DNA of 64,000 bases, from the NCBI GenBank assembly GCA_030390025.1, contig CM059432.1, forward strand, positions 51,896,001 to 51,960,000. The letters run 5' to 3'. Shown piece after piece: positions 48,536 through 61,935 of the stretch. The position numbers and the translations under genes were made by a program. The stretch is from Squalus acanthias (taxonomy: Eukaryota). Under the pieces are notes generated by a model. It did no database searches. It was given only the letters and a program-made list of their open reading frames with translations, and was not told where the DNA came from. How positions within the stretch are numbered: the stretch's first letter is position 1; each line of letters opens with the position of its first letter.

Positions 48536-49038
48536 TCTTGCTCAGGCCAACATCCCCAGCATCGAAGCTTTGACCACGCTCGATCAGCTCCGATGGATGG
48601 GCCACATCGTCCGCATGCCCGATACGTGACCCCCAAAACAGGCGCTCTACTCGGAGCTCTGACACGGCAAGAGAGCCCCAGGTGGGCAGAGGAAACACTT
48701 CAAGGACACCCTCAAAGCCTCCTTGAAAAAGTGCAACATCCCCACCGACACCTGGGAATCCCTGGCCCAAGACCGAACAAAGTGGAGGAGAAGCATCCGG
48801 GAAGGTGCCGAACACCTCGAGTCTCTTCGCCGGGAGCAAGCGGAAGCCAAGCGCAAACAGCGGGAGGAGCGCACGTCAACCCAAGCACCCCGCCCACCTG
48901 TCCCTTCAACTACCGTCTGGCCCACCTGTGACAGAGACTGTAGGTCCCGCATTGGACTCATCAGTCACCTGAGAACTCATTTTTAGTGTGGAAGCAAGTC
49001 ATCCTCGGTTCCGAGGGACTGCCTAAGAAGAAGAGAAG
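48536..49038 (+). mobile_element. RTE-clade LINE 3' fragment
   Basis: QLRWMGHIVRM, WESLAQDRTKWR and terminal xPTC...GLISHLRTH. (AAG)n tail. Confidence 0.92.
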
Positions 49039-49293
49039 ACCCTGTAATATAAGTCGATGCCAATGTGGTCTTCTGGACTAGTTTTGATCGTCTAAAGGGG
49101 TCGAAGAGGAATTTCAACCCCCTCCCCCCCAAATGCACTGGGCTTTAATCTGTTTTTTTGCTTCTCCCATGAGATTACATGACTCCAGGTGGGTCAGGCG
49201 TGTCTGTGCATAAGGCATAATGACTGTAAGGGACAAGCTTTTCCTGTCCAACATTTTTGTATGTTCCTATGGATACATCATAACCTACTAGGA

Positions 49294-49432
49294 CCCCTCC
49301 AAGTCACGCACCATCCCGACTTGGACACATATCGCCAATCCTTCATCGTCGCTGGGTCAAAAGTCTGGAACTCCCTACCTAACAGCACTGTGGGAGTACC
49401 TTCACCACATGGACTGCAGCAGTTGCCCACAC
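49294..49432 (+). mobile_element. Second-family LINE 3' fragment
   Basis: SFIVAGSKVWNSLPNSTVGVPSPHGLQ. Confidence 0.8.
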
Positions 49433-50439
49433 CCTGAGAATAAATATTTTAAAAATAAACATAATTCTCATTGAATATCACAGTTATCTTGCAAAGTTGC
49501 TCTTTTAAAAAAAATATGTTATCTTACCCTTTGAAAAGTGTTCTCAAAATCTCTAAATTTAATATTGATAATAAACGATTACATTGCATCTCTTTCACAA
49601 ATACTATCATGAGTACCTCACTTTACCAGATTTTAGGTACTGAATCTAACTTAGCAGAGAATTTATTTTTCATTTAACTCCTGATTTAATACTACAATTA
49701 GAACTTAAGAAAAGTCATGGATGGGAAGGGGCCATTCAGCATATTAAACTCATCCCCTAGTATTTCAACTTATCCAGCCTATTAACTAGCTGCATTCTGG
49801 ACTGAACTAATGTCTTCAATTCCATTACCTTAACAAAAACAATTCGATGGAACGTTAAAAGAAAGTGTAATATTGGCATGACTATTTTTGAAGACAAAAC
49901 TGCTTTTCCTCCATGTTATATTTGGTACTTATGATAATTTCTCACTTTACCTTCATAGTATCACTGGCAAGTGTAAAAACAGCAACGACCTTACTAGGAG
50001 GGAGTGGAATAACTGCATGGCACTTTCTTTTGAAGTGGTAACATCTGTATGGTTCATTTCCAATGTGATATTGTGAGATAGTGGGACAATAAAATAAAAA
50101 AACAACTCTAATTTATGTGTTCTAGTCATTGTAATGAGTCACCAATTAACTGAGCAAAACATTAATCAGACATTATTTTTAATAGTAGTTGTATAACAGA
50201 GAAGGCAACAAGACTGTGGTTGTCTACAGATTATGCCTGTGAGTAATAACTGGTGATGTTATTTGTGGCCGATTGAGCAGCAGTATGTGCATAACTATAC
50301 TAACTATGGCAACCCACAGATGATATCAGTGCCCACTCAGTAACGAGATTTAAGGAGAAGAACCAAATGTTGCAGTCTTGGGACAGGTACTGTATCATGG
50401 ACAAAAATATATTAGGTTCCAGCTATGGTGTGCCTCAAA

Positions 50440-50904
50440 GGAAAGAAAGACATGCATTTATATAGCGTCTTTCATGACCTCAGGATGTCCCAAAGTGCTT
50501 TACAGCGCTTTAATTAAGTACTTTTGAAGTGGAGTCACTCTTGTAATGTAGGAAACAGGGCAGCCAATTTCCGCACAGCAAAGTTGCACAAACAGCAATG
50601 TGATAATGATCAGATAATCTGTTTTAGTGATCTCGGTTGAGGGGTAAATATTAGCCAGGACACCGGGGATCACTCCCCTGCTCTTCTTTGACATAGTGCC
50701 ATGGGATCTTTTACGTCCACCTGAGACGGCAGACTCCGTTTAACATCTCATCCGTAAGATGGCATCTCCGACAGTGCAGCACTTCCTCAGTACTGCACTG
50801 GAGTGTCAGCCTGGATTTTGTGCTCAAGTCTCTGGAATGCAACTTGAACCCAAAACCTTCTGACGTAGAGGTGAAGGTGCTGCCCACTGAGCCACGACTG
50901 ACAC
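50440..50904 (-). mobile_element. Near full-length Deu-domain SINE
   Basis: Minus strand has GTGGCTCAGTGG (A box), GGTTCAAGT (B box), the Deu core and an L2-like tail. Confidence 0.87.
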
Positions 50905-51224
50905 CTCAGGTCCTGTAACTGAAAAAGTGTGCAGTTATTTTTCTATTTTTTGAATTTCCCCCCTTCCCCCACAAGTTTTTCCCTCCTCTCTCACAGGCAC
51001 TAAGGGTGAATTAAGTCATGGGAAAAGAAAAATTGGGTGGGTGTAAAACTGGCTGGCAAATCATTATTGCCTGTTTTACACTTCTGCCGAAGGCCAATTT
51101 CACCGCCACTGACATTTGCTGGCATACAATTTGATAAGCATTGGCTTCCCTCCAGTACCTCTTCCATTGGGCATTTTTCAGCATAAGCTTAAACAGTGAG
51201 GGTTGACAGGTTATTTCATTAAGA

Positions 51225-51375
51225 AAGATAAGAACTTGCATTTATATATTGGCTTTTATGACCTCAGGACATCCCAAAGCACTTCACAATAAAGTACGTT
51301 TTAATTATAGTCATGGTTGTAATGTAGGGAAATACAGCCAACAACTTGCAGACAGCAGGGTTCCTCAAACAACAA
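51225..51375 (-). mobile_element. Deu-type SINE tail fragment
   Basis: ACTTGCATTTATAT..ATGACCTCAGGACATCCCAAAGC. Confidence 0.7.
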
Positions 51376-53324
51376 GGGCCAACATAAATGAACTTGTTCT
51401 CTTTTTCACAAATGCTCACATGCTCAGACTTTCCAGCAAGGGGTCTCAGAGGCCATATCTGATTTTATTTTTAACCTCCCCTTATCCAGAATCACCGAGG
51501 TCAACAGTCGTGCCTCAGTTATCTCCCCACCTGAGATCAGCCAACTAAGCACAATCCAGGAATCAAACCTGGCACCTTCCTGCTCTTTATACCTCACTTC
51601 CATATTGGGCAATACATTTACCAGCTGTGCTATCTGTAATCTACCCTGTGTTTATACAGCATTCTGACACGTAGGCTGAGTTCTCATCTTCGGAATGGAG
51701 TTTCGGCAGGGTGGGGCGTTCACACACCCCTCAAAGCCCCCCCACCCCCAACTCATTTCCATGGGTCGGGGGTCATTTCTGATGCAGAGTAGGTTGTCCA
51801 CCACCAAGAGGGAGTCCGCCAGTGCAAAGAGGAAAAACTTGTGGTGCTGCAGCAGGGATGCCACTGCAGCACAAGAAGAGATGATAAGGGACCTTAGAGG
51901 GACAGAAGAGCACTTCAACATCCCACTGAAGGCATGGCCATGACAAGACATTAAACAGGTAAGTGCTGGGTCAGAATTGGAGAGAAAGGAGGCCTCTACA
52001 AGGCATTCTCCTTCCATTCCTTGACATCAGGGTCATTACCATCGTTTCCCAGGGCCTATTGCCATTTTCAACATGGCAACCTCAGGAAGTTATAGTAAGT
52101 GGGACGGACACAAGGAAAATCTACCGGGGACCTGGAACCCACCCACACCGCTATTTACATGTGGGGATTAAGTGGTCAGCGGTGTTCCCGACAGAGGTGG
52201 GGGAAGAGATTCAAGTTGGGGTGGTGGCAAAACCATAGGCCTCAACACCCGAATTTTCCCTCATTCTCTGGCGTGGAGGAGAATCCAGCCTGTAAATTCC
52301 TAAAAAGATGTTAGAGTTTGCAGATCTTTATGAATCTGCCTAAGAGTTCCTGATGTTTTTATATGTGTTCCATTGAGTTAAGCTTGTCACCTTTTCTTTC
52401 TCCACACTCGTAAGCAATGAAAGATAGAGCCATGCTGCACAGATGAATGATACCGGGATGAATTCTGTTCTTTATGTACAATAGAACACAATGCTTATAT
52501 TTCACAATGAGTGCAATTTGTCACAAAGCAAATGATTTGTTCAATCCCCTCTCATTAGCTGTAGCCTCAAAGAAAAGGGTGGAAATGGCATGAATACAGC
52601 ACCTCTGTATATTTTTCATTCATTGTTCGGATGTGGGCTTCACTGGCTGGCAAGGTTGGCATTTATTGCCTATTCCTAGTTTCCCACATACTGAACGAGG
52701 CTATGATTGCTGGGTCGGGAGGCTGGGGGTTTTCTGGGTCTATCCCCCTCTCCCACCAGTAAGAGGAGAGATATGACCCCTCAGCTCCTGTTGTAAGGGG
52801 GCTGAGATGTTTGAAAAAATTGACTCCTCTTCTAGGCTCCAGACTACAAGCCAGGCCTGGGCTCGCAGTTCAGCCCTACTCCCACCCTTCAGTGGGCCGG
52901 TACATCTGGTCTCACCTGGCTACTGCAAGATTGAGGAATGGGAACTTCCATTGTTAGAAGTCCCCATCCAAAGCCCTCGCCCCTCCTATTCCACTGGCCT
53001 TGCTTGGGGCATATGGAAGTTCTGTTCTTTACGAGGCCCCATGTAATCCCTGATGTAAGACTGGGACATGGCATATCAGGGCCCCAATTTCATTTCCACC
53101 GTACGCCCACCAGAGTTACAAATGGAATAGAAAATCATTCGTAGTGTAAACCGGCTGCCAATTCGCTATCGTCCGTTTTGCGCTACCACCCAGGGCAACT
53201 TTCACCCCCCAGCATCTTTAGGGAGGCGAAATCTCATCTCCAGGCTAAGAGGATTGCGGAGACAATGGGATGCTTATGGCTCTCTATTGATGTCTTCTCA
53301 GGGAGCATGAATGGTAAGCTGTGC

Positions 53325-53629
53325 AGTGGGGTTGAAAGTGAGGTCCTGACTAATTCCTAGCCATGTGCTTTGTTGTGGCACCAGGCCACAATCATTTCGG
53401 TCTGAGCTGCACAGTAATAGTGTCCAAAATTTAGGCGGCTGAGTTGCCCATCTGGTTTTAGGAGCTGGAGGCATTTGAGACATTTTTGCAGCTTCTTGCA
53501 GCTGGGGCAATATTTAAAGTTCACTTGTTATCAGGCCCCAGAACTTATTTTTTGACAAAATCAGGTAGTTCACACTAGATCTTCCCCCTCAGTCTCCACC
53601 ATTAAGACATTCTCTCCTTCTCTCAGAAT
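53325..53629 (+). repeat. 305-bp direct repeat, copy 1 (flanks RTE)
   Basis: Ungapped match to 54429-54733, about 16 substitutions by manual count. Confidence 0.95.
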
Positions 53630-54433
53630 CTTCTTCTTAGGCAGTCCCTCGGAACGGAGGATGACTTGCTACCACACTAAAAATTAGTTCTCAGGTGACT
53701 GATGAGTTCAATGCGGGACCTACAGTCTCTGTCACAGGTGGGCCAGACGGTGGTTGAAGGGGCAGGTGGGTGGGATGCTTGGGTTGACGTGCGCTCCTTC
53801 TGCTGTTTGCGCTTGGCTTCCGCTTGCTCCCGGCGAAGAGACTCGAGGTGTTCGGCACCTTCCCGGATGCTTCTCCTCCACTTTGTGCGGTCTTGGGCCA
53901 GGGATTCCCAGGTGCCGGTGGGGATGTTGCACTTTTTCAAGGAGGCTTTGAGGGTGTCCTTGAAGCGTTTCCTCTGCCCACCTGGGGCTCTCTTGCCGTG
54001 TCAGAGCTCCGAGTAGAGCGCCTGTTTTGGGGGTCTCGTATCGGGCATGTGGACAATGTGGCCCATCCATCGGAGCTGATCGAGCGTGGTCAAAGCTTCG
54101 ATGCTGGGGATGTTGGCCTGAGCGAGAACATTGACATTGGTGCGCCTATCCTGCCAATGGATTTGCAGGATCTTGCAGAGGCAGCGTTGGTGGTACCTCT
54201 CCAGTGTTTTGAGGTGCCTGCTGTACATGGTCCATGTCTCTGAAGCATACAGGAGGGCAGATATCACTACTGCTCTGTAGACCATGAGCTTGGTGCTGGG
54301 TTTGAGGTCCTGGTCTTCAAACACTCTCTTCCTCAGGCGACCGAAGGCTGCACTGGCACACTGAAGGCGATGTTGGACTCTGTCATCGACGTCTGCCCTT
54401 GTTGACAGTAGGCTCCCGAGGTATGGAAAGTGG
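53630..54433 (-). mobile_element. RTE-clade LINE 3' fragment (about 800 bp)
   Basis: HFPYLGS, YRAVVISALLYASETW, QLRWMGHIVHM and C-terminal ..SHLRT. (AAG)n tail at 53630. Confidence 0.94.
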
Positions 54434-54733
54434 GGTTGAAAGTGAGGTCCTGACTAATTCCTAGCCATGTGCTTTGTTGTGGCACCAGGCCACAATCATT
54501 TAGGTCTGGGCTGCACAGTAAAAGTGTTCAAAACTTAGGAGGCTGAGTTGCCCATCTGATTTTAAGAGCTGGAGGCATTTGAGACATTTTTGCAGCTTCT
54601 TGCAGCTGGGGTAATGTTTAAAGTTCACTTGTTATCAGGTCCTAGAAATTATGTTTTGACATATTCAGGTAGTTCACACTAGATCTTCCCCCTCAGTCTC
54701 CACCATTAAGACATTCTCTCCTTCTCTCAGAAT
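54429..54733 (+). repeat. 305-bp direct repeat, copy 2
   Basis: Ungapped match to 53325-53629. Confidence 0.95.
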
Positions 54734-55077
54734 AGCACAGAGCTAAGCTGATATAGCTCAATAGTTAAATGCCTAAATAGTATGATACTGAGCCTTACAG
54801 GCCAAAAATGCCATGGTTCAATTTCTGATCTGCATTGAATTAGCTCATCTGAGCCAGTAGAATAGTGAGGATTATACAAATCGTTTCAGCATCTCTAAAT
54901 GGGAGAGAATCAGCCAAGGTTACATGCCTGATCATTATCCAGTGAACCCTGGTGGAAAGGAAGTCTTCACTGACATCGAGTGATAGCAGGTTCAGGTTCA
55001 GCTATGGGGCCATTTACAGTTGAATAGCCTGCTCACACTCACGGTAGGTCACATGTGAAGAAAGTACCAGAGTGCTG

Positions 55078-55608
55078 TCATAGGAACAGGAGTAAGCCAT
55101 TCTGCCCCTTGAGCCTATTCCGCCATTCAATTAGATCATGGCTGACCTTATCTTAAATTCATCTACCTGCTTGGCTATGTAACCCTTAATACCCTTGCCT
55201 AACAAAAATCTATCAATCTCAGTTTGAAATTTTCAGTTGACCTAGCTTTTTGGGAGAGTTCCAGATTTCCACTACCCTTTGTGTGAAGAAGTGCTTTCTG
55301 ATATCACCCCTGAATGGGTTAGCTCTAGTCCTGGACTCTCCCACCAGAGGACAGAGTTTCTCTCTATCTACCCTATCAAATCCTTATCTACCCTATCAAA
55401 TCCTTTAATCATCTTGAACACCTCAATTAGATCACCGCTTAACCTTCTATATTCAAAGGAATACTAGTCTATGCAACCTGTCCTCATAATTTAACCCTTT
55501 TAGCCCCGGGATCATTCTGGTGAATCTGCACTGCACCCCCTGCAAAGCCAGTATATCCTTCCTGAGGTGCGGTGCCCAGAACTGAATGGAGTACTCCAAA
55601 TGGGGTCC
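55078..55608 (-). mobile_element. CR1 3' fragment
   Basis: PHLEYSIQFWAPHLRKDILAL..RFTRMIPGL, plus 3' UTR at about 55080-55150. Confidence 0.88.
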
Positions 55609-57269
55609 AACTTCAATGGAAATAAAAATCAGGAGAGATGTAGAACAGGGCTGCCGATTCACTATCACCTATTTTACACCAGCACACAAAGTCAAAATCT
55701 AACCCAAGGAGAATTGATACCATGGCAATTAATAATTTCACCTGCCTCTGAGTGGCTCCTTTGGCCGGCCTGTGTTCATGAGCTGAGGTTTGCTATGAGA
55801 CAGCAAGCTGAGATGTCATGCTACTTTAATTTATTTGATTGGTTCATTATATTACCAAGCAATTCTATTTGTCAGGTTCAATTGAGCTGTGTGGGTGGAG
55901 GTTACATAGTGCAGTTTCTGAGAAAACTAAATTTATTTCATGTAGCCATTTATAGCTTACAAAAGACAAAACCTTAACTATCCAGTATATGCTGAAAATG
56001 TGAGGTACGCTTACATTGCACTTGGACAACCTAATCTAATCTAAAATGAGCAAAACAAATCAAGACTGTGGTCTAGTCCAGATATGCAGAGTTAATTGCT
56101 GTGTATTTCAGAGGAGAAACTCCCAACTTTTAGGTCTGGCCAGTGAAACAGAGATTTGAATTAGGCATGTAGTAGAAATACTGGAGGCTTCCCTCCTGTT
56201 GAGTTATGTGACAGACCTGATGACCATGTGCTGAGCTGCCACTTCAACTCTTCCCAAAGTATGAACCATATCTGGACAACCTTCAGAGTTTGAGCAGATT
56301 ACTGTACTGCATATAAATAGGGAGTTGGAAAGCATCTCACCTTACAGCAGATGGTGTCTCAGACTGCAGCAGCCAGAGACTTAACAAATTAATACTTGTC
56401 TATTTATATACTCAGGCTGTAACTATTTTATACACAGGTACATAACCTAGTTACATTGTTTGGAATTCTCCAGAACATGCATTTTTATAGTTCCACAATG
56501 CCTCTGGAACATCAGTATTCATTGGAGATTTGCAAAAGATTGAATTTCTCAGATATGCCAAGTAACAATCATTTGATATATGAACTTATTTTGATGTGAA
56601 TATATATATGTTAGAAATGACTGTTGGTGATAATAATGAATTAGTATATTTGTATAACACTCCTCTGCCTGTTGCAATAAATGGGTTAAATCCTGAATTA
56701 AAGTAGCAGACAAAGGCATGTCATACAAAGTGATTAAATGTCCCCCCACTGTTAGTGTCAGCAGTAATATCTAGCCTATGCTCAATCTTGATGTATGTGA
56801 TTCTTAAAAATAACCATAACTCCAAATGTTCAAATAAGTATGCAGTCTGTTTTATTTTTGCTAATCATAAATCTTACTCCCAAGATCTCTCCACAGCTCA
56901 CAGTTCTAAATTGTCCTCTCACCAAAGCCCCAATGGTTCTGTGAGTTTATCCAGTGAGTTGCTGAGACCAGGAAAACATCAAGTTCAATTCCTGGTATGT
57001 GCTTAGTTGGCTGAGGTCAGATGTAGCATTAGTAGGAGTGCTACAATTGAGTTCCATGCCACTGTGTCATGGGAGAGAAAATTAGACAGGATTGCTGCTC
57101 CTGATCACTATCCAATGACCCTGCTGGAAATGCACATGTGTGGATGTCATGTGAGAACAGGATTTGGCTCAGTTGTGATACCCGATGCAGTTGAATAACT
57201 TACTGATGCTCATTCCCATGAACAATGGCAACAAATTGGAGGACGACTGATGTCCTTGGAACCATGTGC

Positions 57270-57590
57270 AAAACCTTGAATGGGCTGCGCAGCCCGTTAA
57301 AGGGACCACCCACCCAAATTTAAAATTAGGGCAAACATTGACGCAGCCATTGCCGTTTTTATGGCGGGGGATATCGGGGCGTCCAAATGTCCTGCCGTGG
57401 AGGGAGGGGCACTTCATTAACATATTTAAATCGGGCTCCCTCAGTGCAATTGGGATTCAGATTTAAAATCCACTGCTGCTGCGCGGGATTCCCAGGGGTT
57501 GGGAAACTCGGAAATGAAAGGGAGACGGGAGCCGCCAGCTACTTAAGGTAAGTGCCTTTTCCAGCACTCCTTGTGGGCCGGGGGGAACCA
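57270..57590. mobile_element. Partial GC-rich Harbinger-type MITE
   Basis: TTAAAGGGACC and AAGGTAAGTG..CACTCCTTGTGGGCC motifs shared with other MITEs in the window. Confidence 0.45.
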
Positions 57591-58017
57591 GAGGACACCC
57601 TTTGGTCTGGCTTCTACCTTTTGACCTATCTGGCTTAAGTGACCCTACCAGGATTAACTAAATTTCAAAGAATAAGAACACTAATAAAGCGTATAGCCCT
57701 GTCTTGGTTAGACAATTGCTTTTGATTCATCTCAGCCTTGAAACAGACAAAGGCTTGCACAGGCTTAGTCACCACTAGTCTTACAATAAAATGCCTAGAC
57801 CTTTCTTGCCTTTCTCTCAGCAGGTCATCCTGACTGACTTCTGCATTTAGGTCTTTATTGTCTCCTTCCTTCTGGACAGGAAATTAGAAGATGACCTCTG
57901 ACCCTGCCCCTGTCCAGGAATTGGCCACTGGGACTGCCAATTAAAATAGCTACTGCATGTCTCCCCCACCCCCTCCTCCACCTTGGGTGTCGGTCCCTAG
58001 AAACCATCTTGACATTA

Positions 58018-58676
58018 CGGGGAGAAATTCAACTCACGGTCATCCAATTTGCTCCTGAAAAACAGATGGCCAGGAGTTGAAAACCTGTGGTGGGGGGAGG
58101 AGAAGGGAGCACTTTAGCTGCCTCTTTGATGCCCCAGGCCTGCCTGATGTCATACTTAGGTGGGCCTCTAATGACCGAGTAGCCCGCTCGCCTGAAACAG
58201 GCATATAGCTACTTTACTATGCAAATCACGGTCCTATGCTGGTTGTAAGACATAGTGCAAAATTCTAGTATAAATGCTCTGCCTAGTTGTACCAGGTCTT
58301 GAGCAACCTAACCAGCTCAAAAAACGTCCACAAAATTTTTCCAAACTTATATTTTTGTGGAGCCAGGAGGAGCAGGAGTGCTCTTCCTGTATCCACAAAA
58401 TTACTGTGGGCCGCTGCCGGCCCAGGCTCACTCCATTCGGCTTCATCTACCCTCTGCCAGGGCCTACCTGTGGGCAAACTCGCCGTTGGAGTCAGGTGGA
58501 ATTCATCAGGCCCCAACAGACGAGCTGCATCAGGAGGCCCATTTAGCGCCTGCAGCTTCCATTCAATGAGGCCCAGTGCTGAATTTGGCTTGGGCCTCAG
58601 GCTGGCATGAACCACCGCTTGGAACAATCGCTCTTGGCTTGTCACCTTTTTTGGCCACAAGTCAAATTTCTCCCTC
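58018..58676. mobile_element. Harbinger-type MITE (about 660 bp)
   Basis: Termini GGGGAGAAATTCAAC / GTCAAATTTCTCCCTC. TSD not preserved. Confidence 0.65.
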
Positions 58677-59604
58677 AAAGAGTTTGGGAGAAGTCAGTGA
58701 CTCTTGCTGTCTCAGTTCAAAGTGATATATGAGCAGCAACCTTCCACATCTGCTCTGCTCTGTCTAGCTTTAAATCACACTGCCTTCCCATCCTCTGGCT
58801 GCTGTAATAATTGTAATCCATTGAGATCTGGATTTAACTTAAAGGTAACATTTTTAATATAAATCACACCAAAATCTATTCCATGGAAAAATAGTCACAA
58901 TTCCCGAATCCTGACAGGGACTCCACAGCAATAAGTGTCCAATTATCACAGTAATTCAAATTGTATTGTTCATTATAATATACAGCTGTATCTGCAAATT
59001 AGTTTTACAGAAGGTTAAATTTCTGTTTATTTTCTTGATATGTATTTTTTTAAATAAAGGAGAAAACAAATCAAATGTTATGCACCTTCCATTCACTGTG
59101 GTCAGACAGATTGATTACATGTACTCCCCTCTTTCAAATTCTATCTGATTGAAGTCTAGTTTTTCTTCCTTCCTCCTTCTGATTCATGCTTATTTACTCA
59201 ACATGAGCCGTCATGTAGCAGTTGAGACACGCTGTACTGGTTAACTTAAGACGACAGATGAAAGTGATTCAACAACAGTCCTAATGGCATTGATGATAAC
59301 AGTAACAATTTCTAGCAGACAGTAGGATGTGTATGTCTCAGTGTGGTGCACCAACATTGATAACTATAGTCAGTATCATTAAACTCAAGCAGATCAAATA
59401 AAATGCCTTGAAATCCTTTCCCCTTTCATCAGTGGTCTACATAATATCTGGAAAGAATGATGATCTTACTAGCAGCCTCTCATGGTTTACTATTACTGTT
59501 TTTGCAAGTAGCAGTAACTCAGATATCTATCTGCTGAAGAAAATTGTTTGGCCATTATTTCTTACAAAACTATCCTATGTGAGGTTTGTGAGGAAGCAAT
59601 GACT

Positions 59605-60285
59605 GGGGCTATAAGAGGGCGCTAACGGGAGGCGCAAAGCAACTAGCGCCTGGGCACAGCGCCGCCAACGCCTCCCGTGAAATTCAGCGGGAGGCTAGCG
59701 GCGGCGGTAACCGTTAGCGCTCCACGGCGCTGCGCCGCCACCGATGACGTCATCGCCGTGTGCAGCGCCCCGCTCGCGCCCCGGCCGCGATCTTTGGTAG
59801 CCCCCCCGGACTTACTGCCAGACGCTATGTCCAATGGGGTCAGGGATACCTACCTGCGGCTGGGGCGGCGCAAATTAAAGGGGCGGTGCCGGGCGGCCAT
59901 TTTTGTTGCTGGCTGCCTGCCAGCATCTGCCCCCGTTGCCGTCCCCGGCCTCCTCTTCAGCACCCCCATGGAGTCCCAGCTTCACTCTGTGAGCCCAGCA
60001 CTTCTCTTGCGTGCCGGGCTCTTTTGCCGGCACTCCAATCCCTGGTGGCCTAGCTGGGCCCCGGGTCACGCTGCGCAAGGTCCCTCCCCTTTAAGAAGAC
60101 GTGCCGTGATATTCCCTCGCAGTGCCCCAAGAGGGAAGCGGGGCGCTACTGGAAGCGCCCCGCTTCCCTCTTGGGGCGCTACCGATGAATTTCGGCCGCA
60201 GGGGTGCTAATTTTTTCAGGGCGCTAAAAGTAGCGCCCTGGTGAAGTTAGTGCCCCAAAGGGGGCGCGACTCAATTTTCCCCCCC
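59605..60285 (+). mobile_element. MITE family A copy (left terminus partly deleted)
   Basis: Collinear with the reverse complement of 22319-23075. Ends CTCAATTTTCCCCCC. Confidence 0.85.
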
Positions 60286-60879
60286 AAGCCTCTTCTAATC
60301 ATGGGAATGATAGACTTTTTAAAAATCTATATGAGAATGATGGTGTCTTCAAGTCTGGGGAAAAAGTATTAAAGGTTGACAGTAGAAAGAAAAAAACATG
60401 CTACACATCAATGGAATCTTTCACATTCTTGATGCCATGAGATGTGTTAGAGCCCTCAGAAGCTATGGCAAGGTCAGTGATGGGAAGGTGAAAGAGCAAA
60501 GTGGTTTTCTTTAGAGATCTGTATTATGGATCACTGCAGAACTGTCAACTCATTCGGAATCTCAGTGGTTAAAATTCTAGTTGCTCTAAAGGCAGACCAT
60601 GTCAGTCACATTTAGAAACCATTAGCTCAAAGCACTGTATGCCTCATGTACGCATTTTAACACCTATTCCTTTGGTTAAATAGTGCAGCTAAGAGTTTTC
60701 TTAAGTACAGGTTTTCAGTGTTTTATGCTGTATTAATGTTGCACTGCTTCTTAAAAAGGGATCTCCAGAGGCAACAATACAATACAAGCAAAGAGAACCC
60801 GTTATGATTTCTAGCCACCTGTGGGTTGAGCATCACTACAGGTTGGCAGTGCAGTTTGCCATTGCTGACCTTCTACAGC

Positions 60880-61086
60880 CTCTGGATCAGCACTCAATCC
60901 AGCAGCTTAAACGTCCATTCACTCCACCACCAACAGACTGCGAGTGCAGTGTATATTATCTATAAATGCACGGCAGCAACTCAACAAGGCTTCTTTGGCA
61001 GCACCTCTCAGACCCATGACCTCTACCGCCCAGAAGGACAAGGCCAGCAGGGGCATTGGAACACTATCACCTCTAAGTTCCCCTCC
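60880..61086 (+). mobile_element. Second-family LINE fragment (continues at about 62652-62875)
   Basis: Ends AAGTTCCCCTCC. The expected continuation GTCACACAC...AAAATCCTGGAACTCCCTACC is at 62653 onward. Confidence 0.75.
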
Positions 61087-61935
61087 GTTGTTTTGAGCAT
61101 TTTTTTAAAGGAAGTGGGATGGGAAGATAGGGGATATTTTATATGGAATACAATAATATGTTTTTGAAATCTTTTAAATCTCTCCCTAGGTTTTATAAGG
61201 GGGGTGTAGAGACTTGGACCCAATTTTTAAAAAGTGTGCATTTTATGCCCAAGGGTGCTGAGGAGTTTTTAGAACAGCCCTTATTTTTAAACAGATGGAT
61301 AAACATTGAAAGAACAATATTATTTAATCAAGCTCTTTTAAAAGCTGGTATTATATACATGAAAAATGTATTATATGAGGTTATTCCAGGTTGGTTGCCG
61401 GAAGCGGTCATGAGGGACATGGTCTGGGAGGAGGATCAGGAGGTACAGGAAAAAGCAATAGGGGTCATGTATGAGAAGTTTGTGAGGGAAATGCCACAGG
61501 ATTGGGTGGAAGAAATAAATGCGCAACTCTCCAGAGGAAGTAAAATGTGTCCTGCTTTTCCAAGCTTTCAGCTGGAGAAAGGGGAGGAGTTGGTCCAATT
61601 TGACAACTGCAATACTTGAGATTTTTATGGGGTATTTGGAGAATGGAGATTCAAGACACCAACTGGTCAGGCATTTTGGCAGCGTATATACCCACAGCTG
61701 GACTTCAACAGGATTTGAAAAGGAGTGTGGACAAATTTTAAATGTCAAGAGTGGATTGATTGGATTTTAAATTGGCTCATAACCGTACTTTTACCATGAC
61801 TGTAAGATTGGGCGAGTGGAGGTGGCAACATGCCCAGTGTGTGGGACACGGGATGAGACTCTGTCCTATTTACTGGTGTTATGTCCGCAGTTAAATGGTG
61901 AGAAACTATTAAATGTTGGTGTTCGGAGGGATTTA
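61087..61935 (+). mobile_element. L1/Tx1-type LINE ORF2 C-terminal fragment
   Basis: FY..W..EQPLFLN..AGI region, then DFKLAHN and CPVCG..ETL..LL..C (degenerate CCHC knuckle). Confidence 0.6.

Noticed and set aside
48520..49045. ACCCT on both sides of the + strand RTE as a TSD
   Set aside because: Only 5 bp and offset from the 5' junction by extra bases, so it could be chance.
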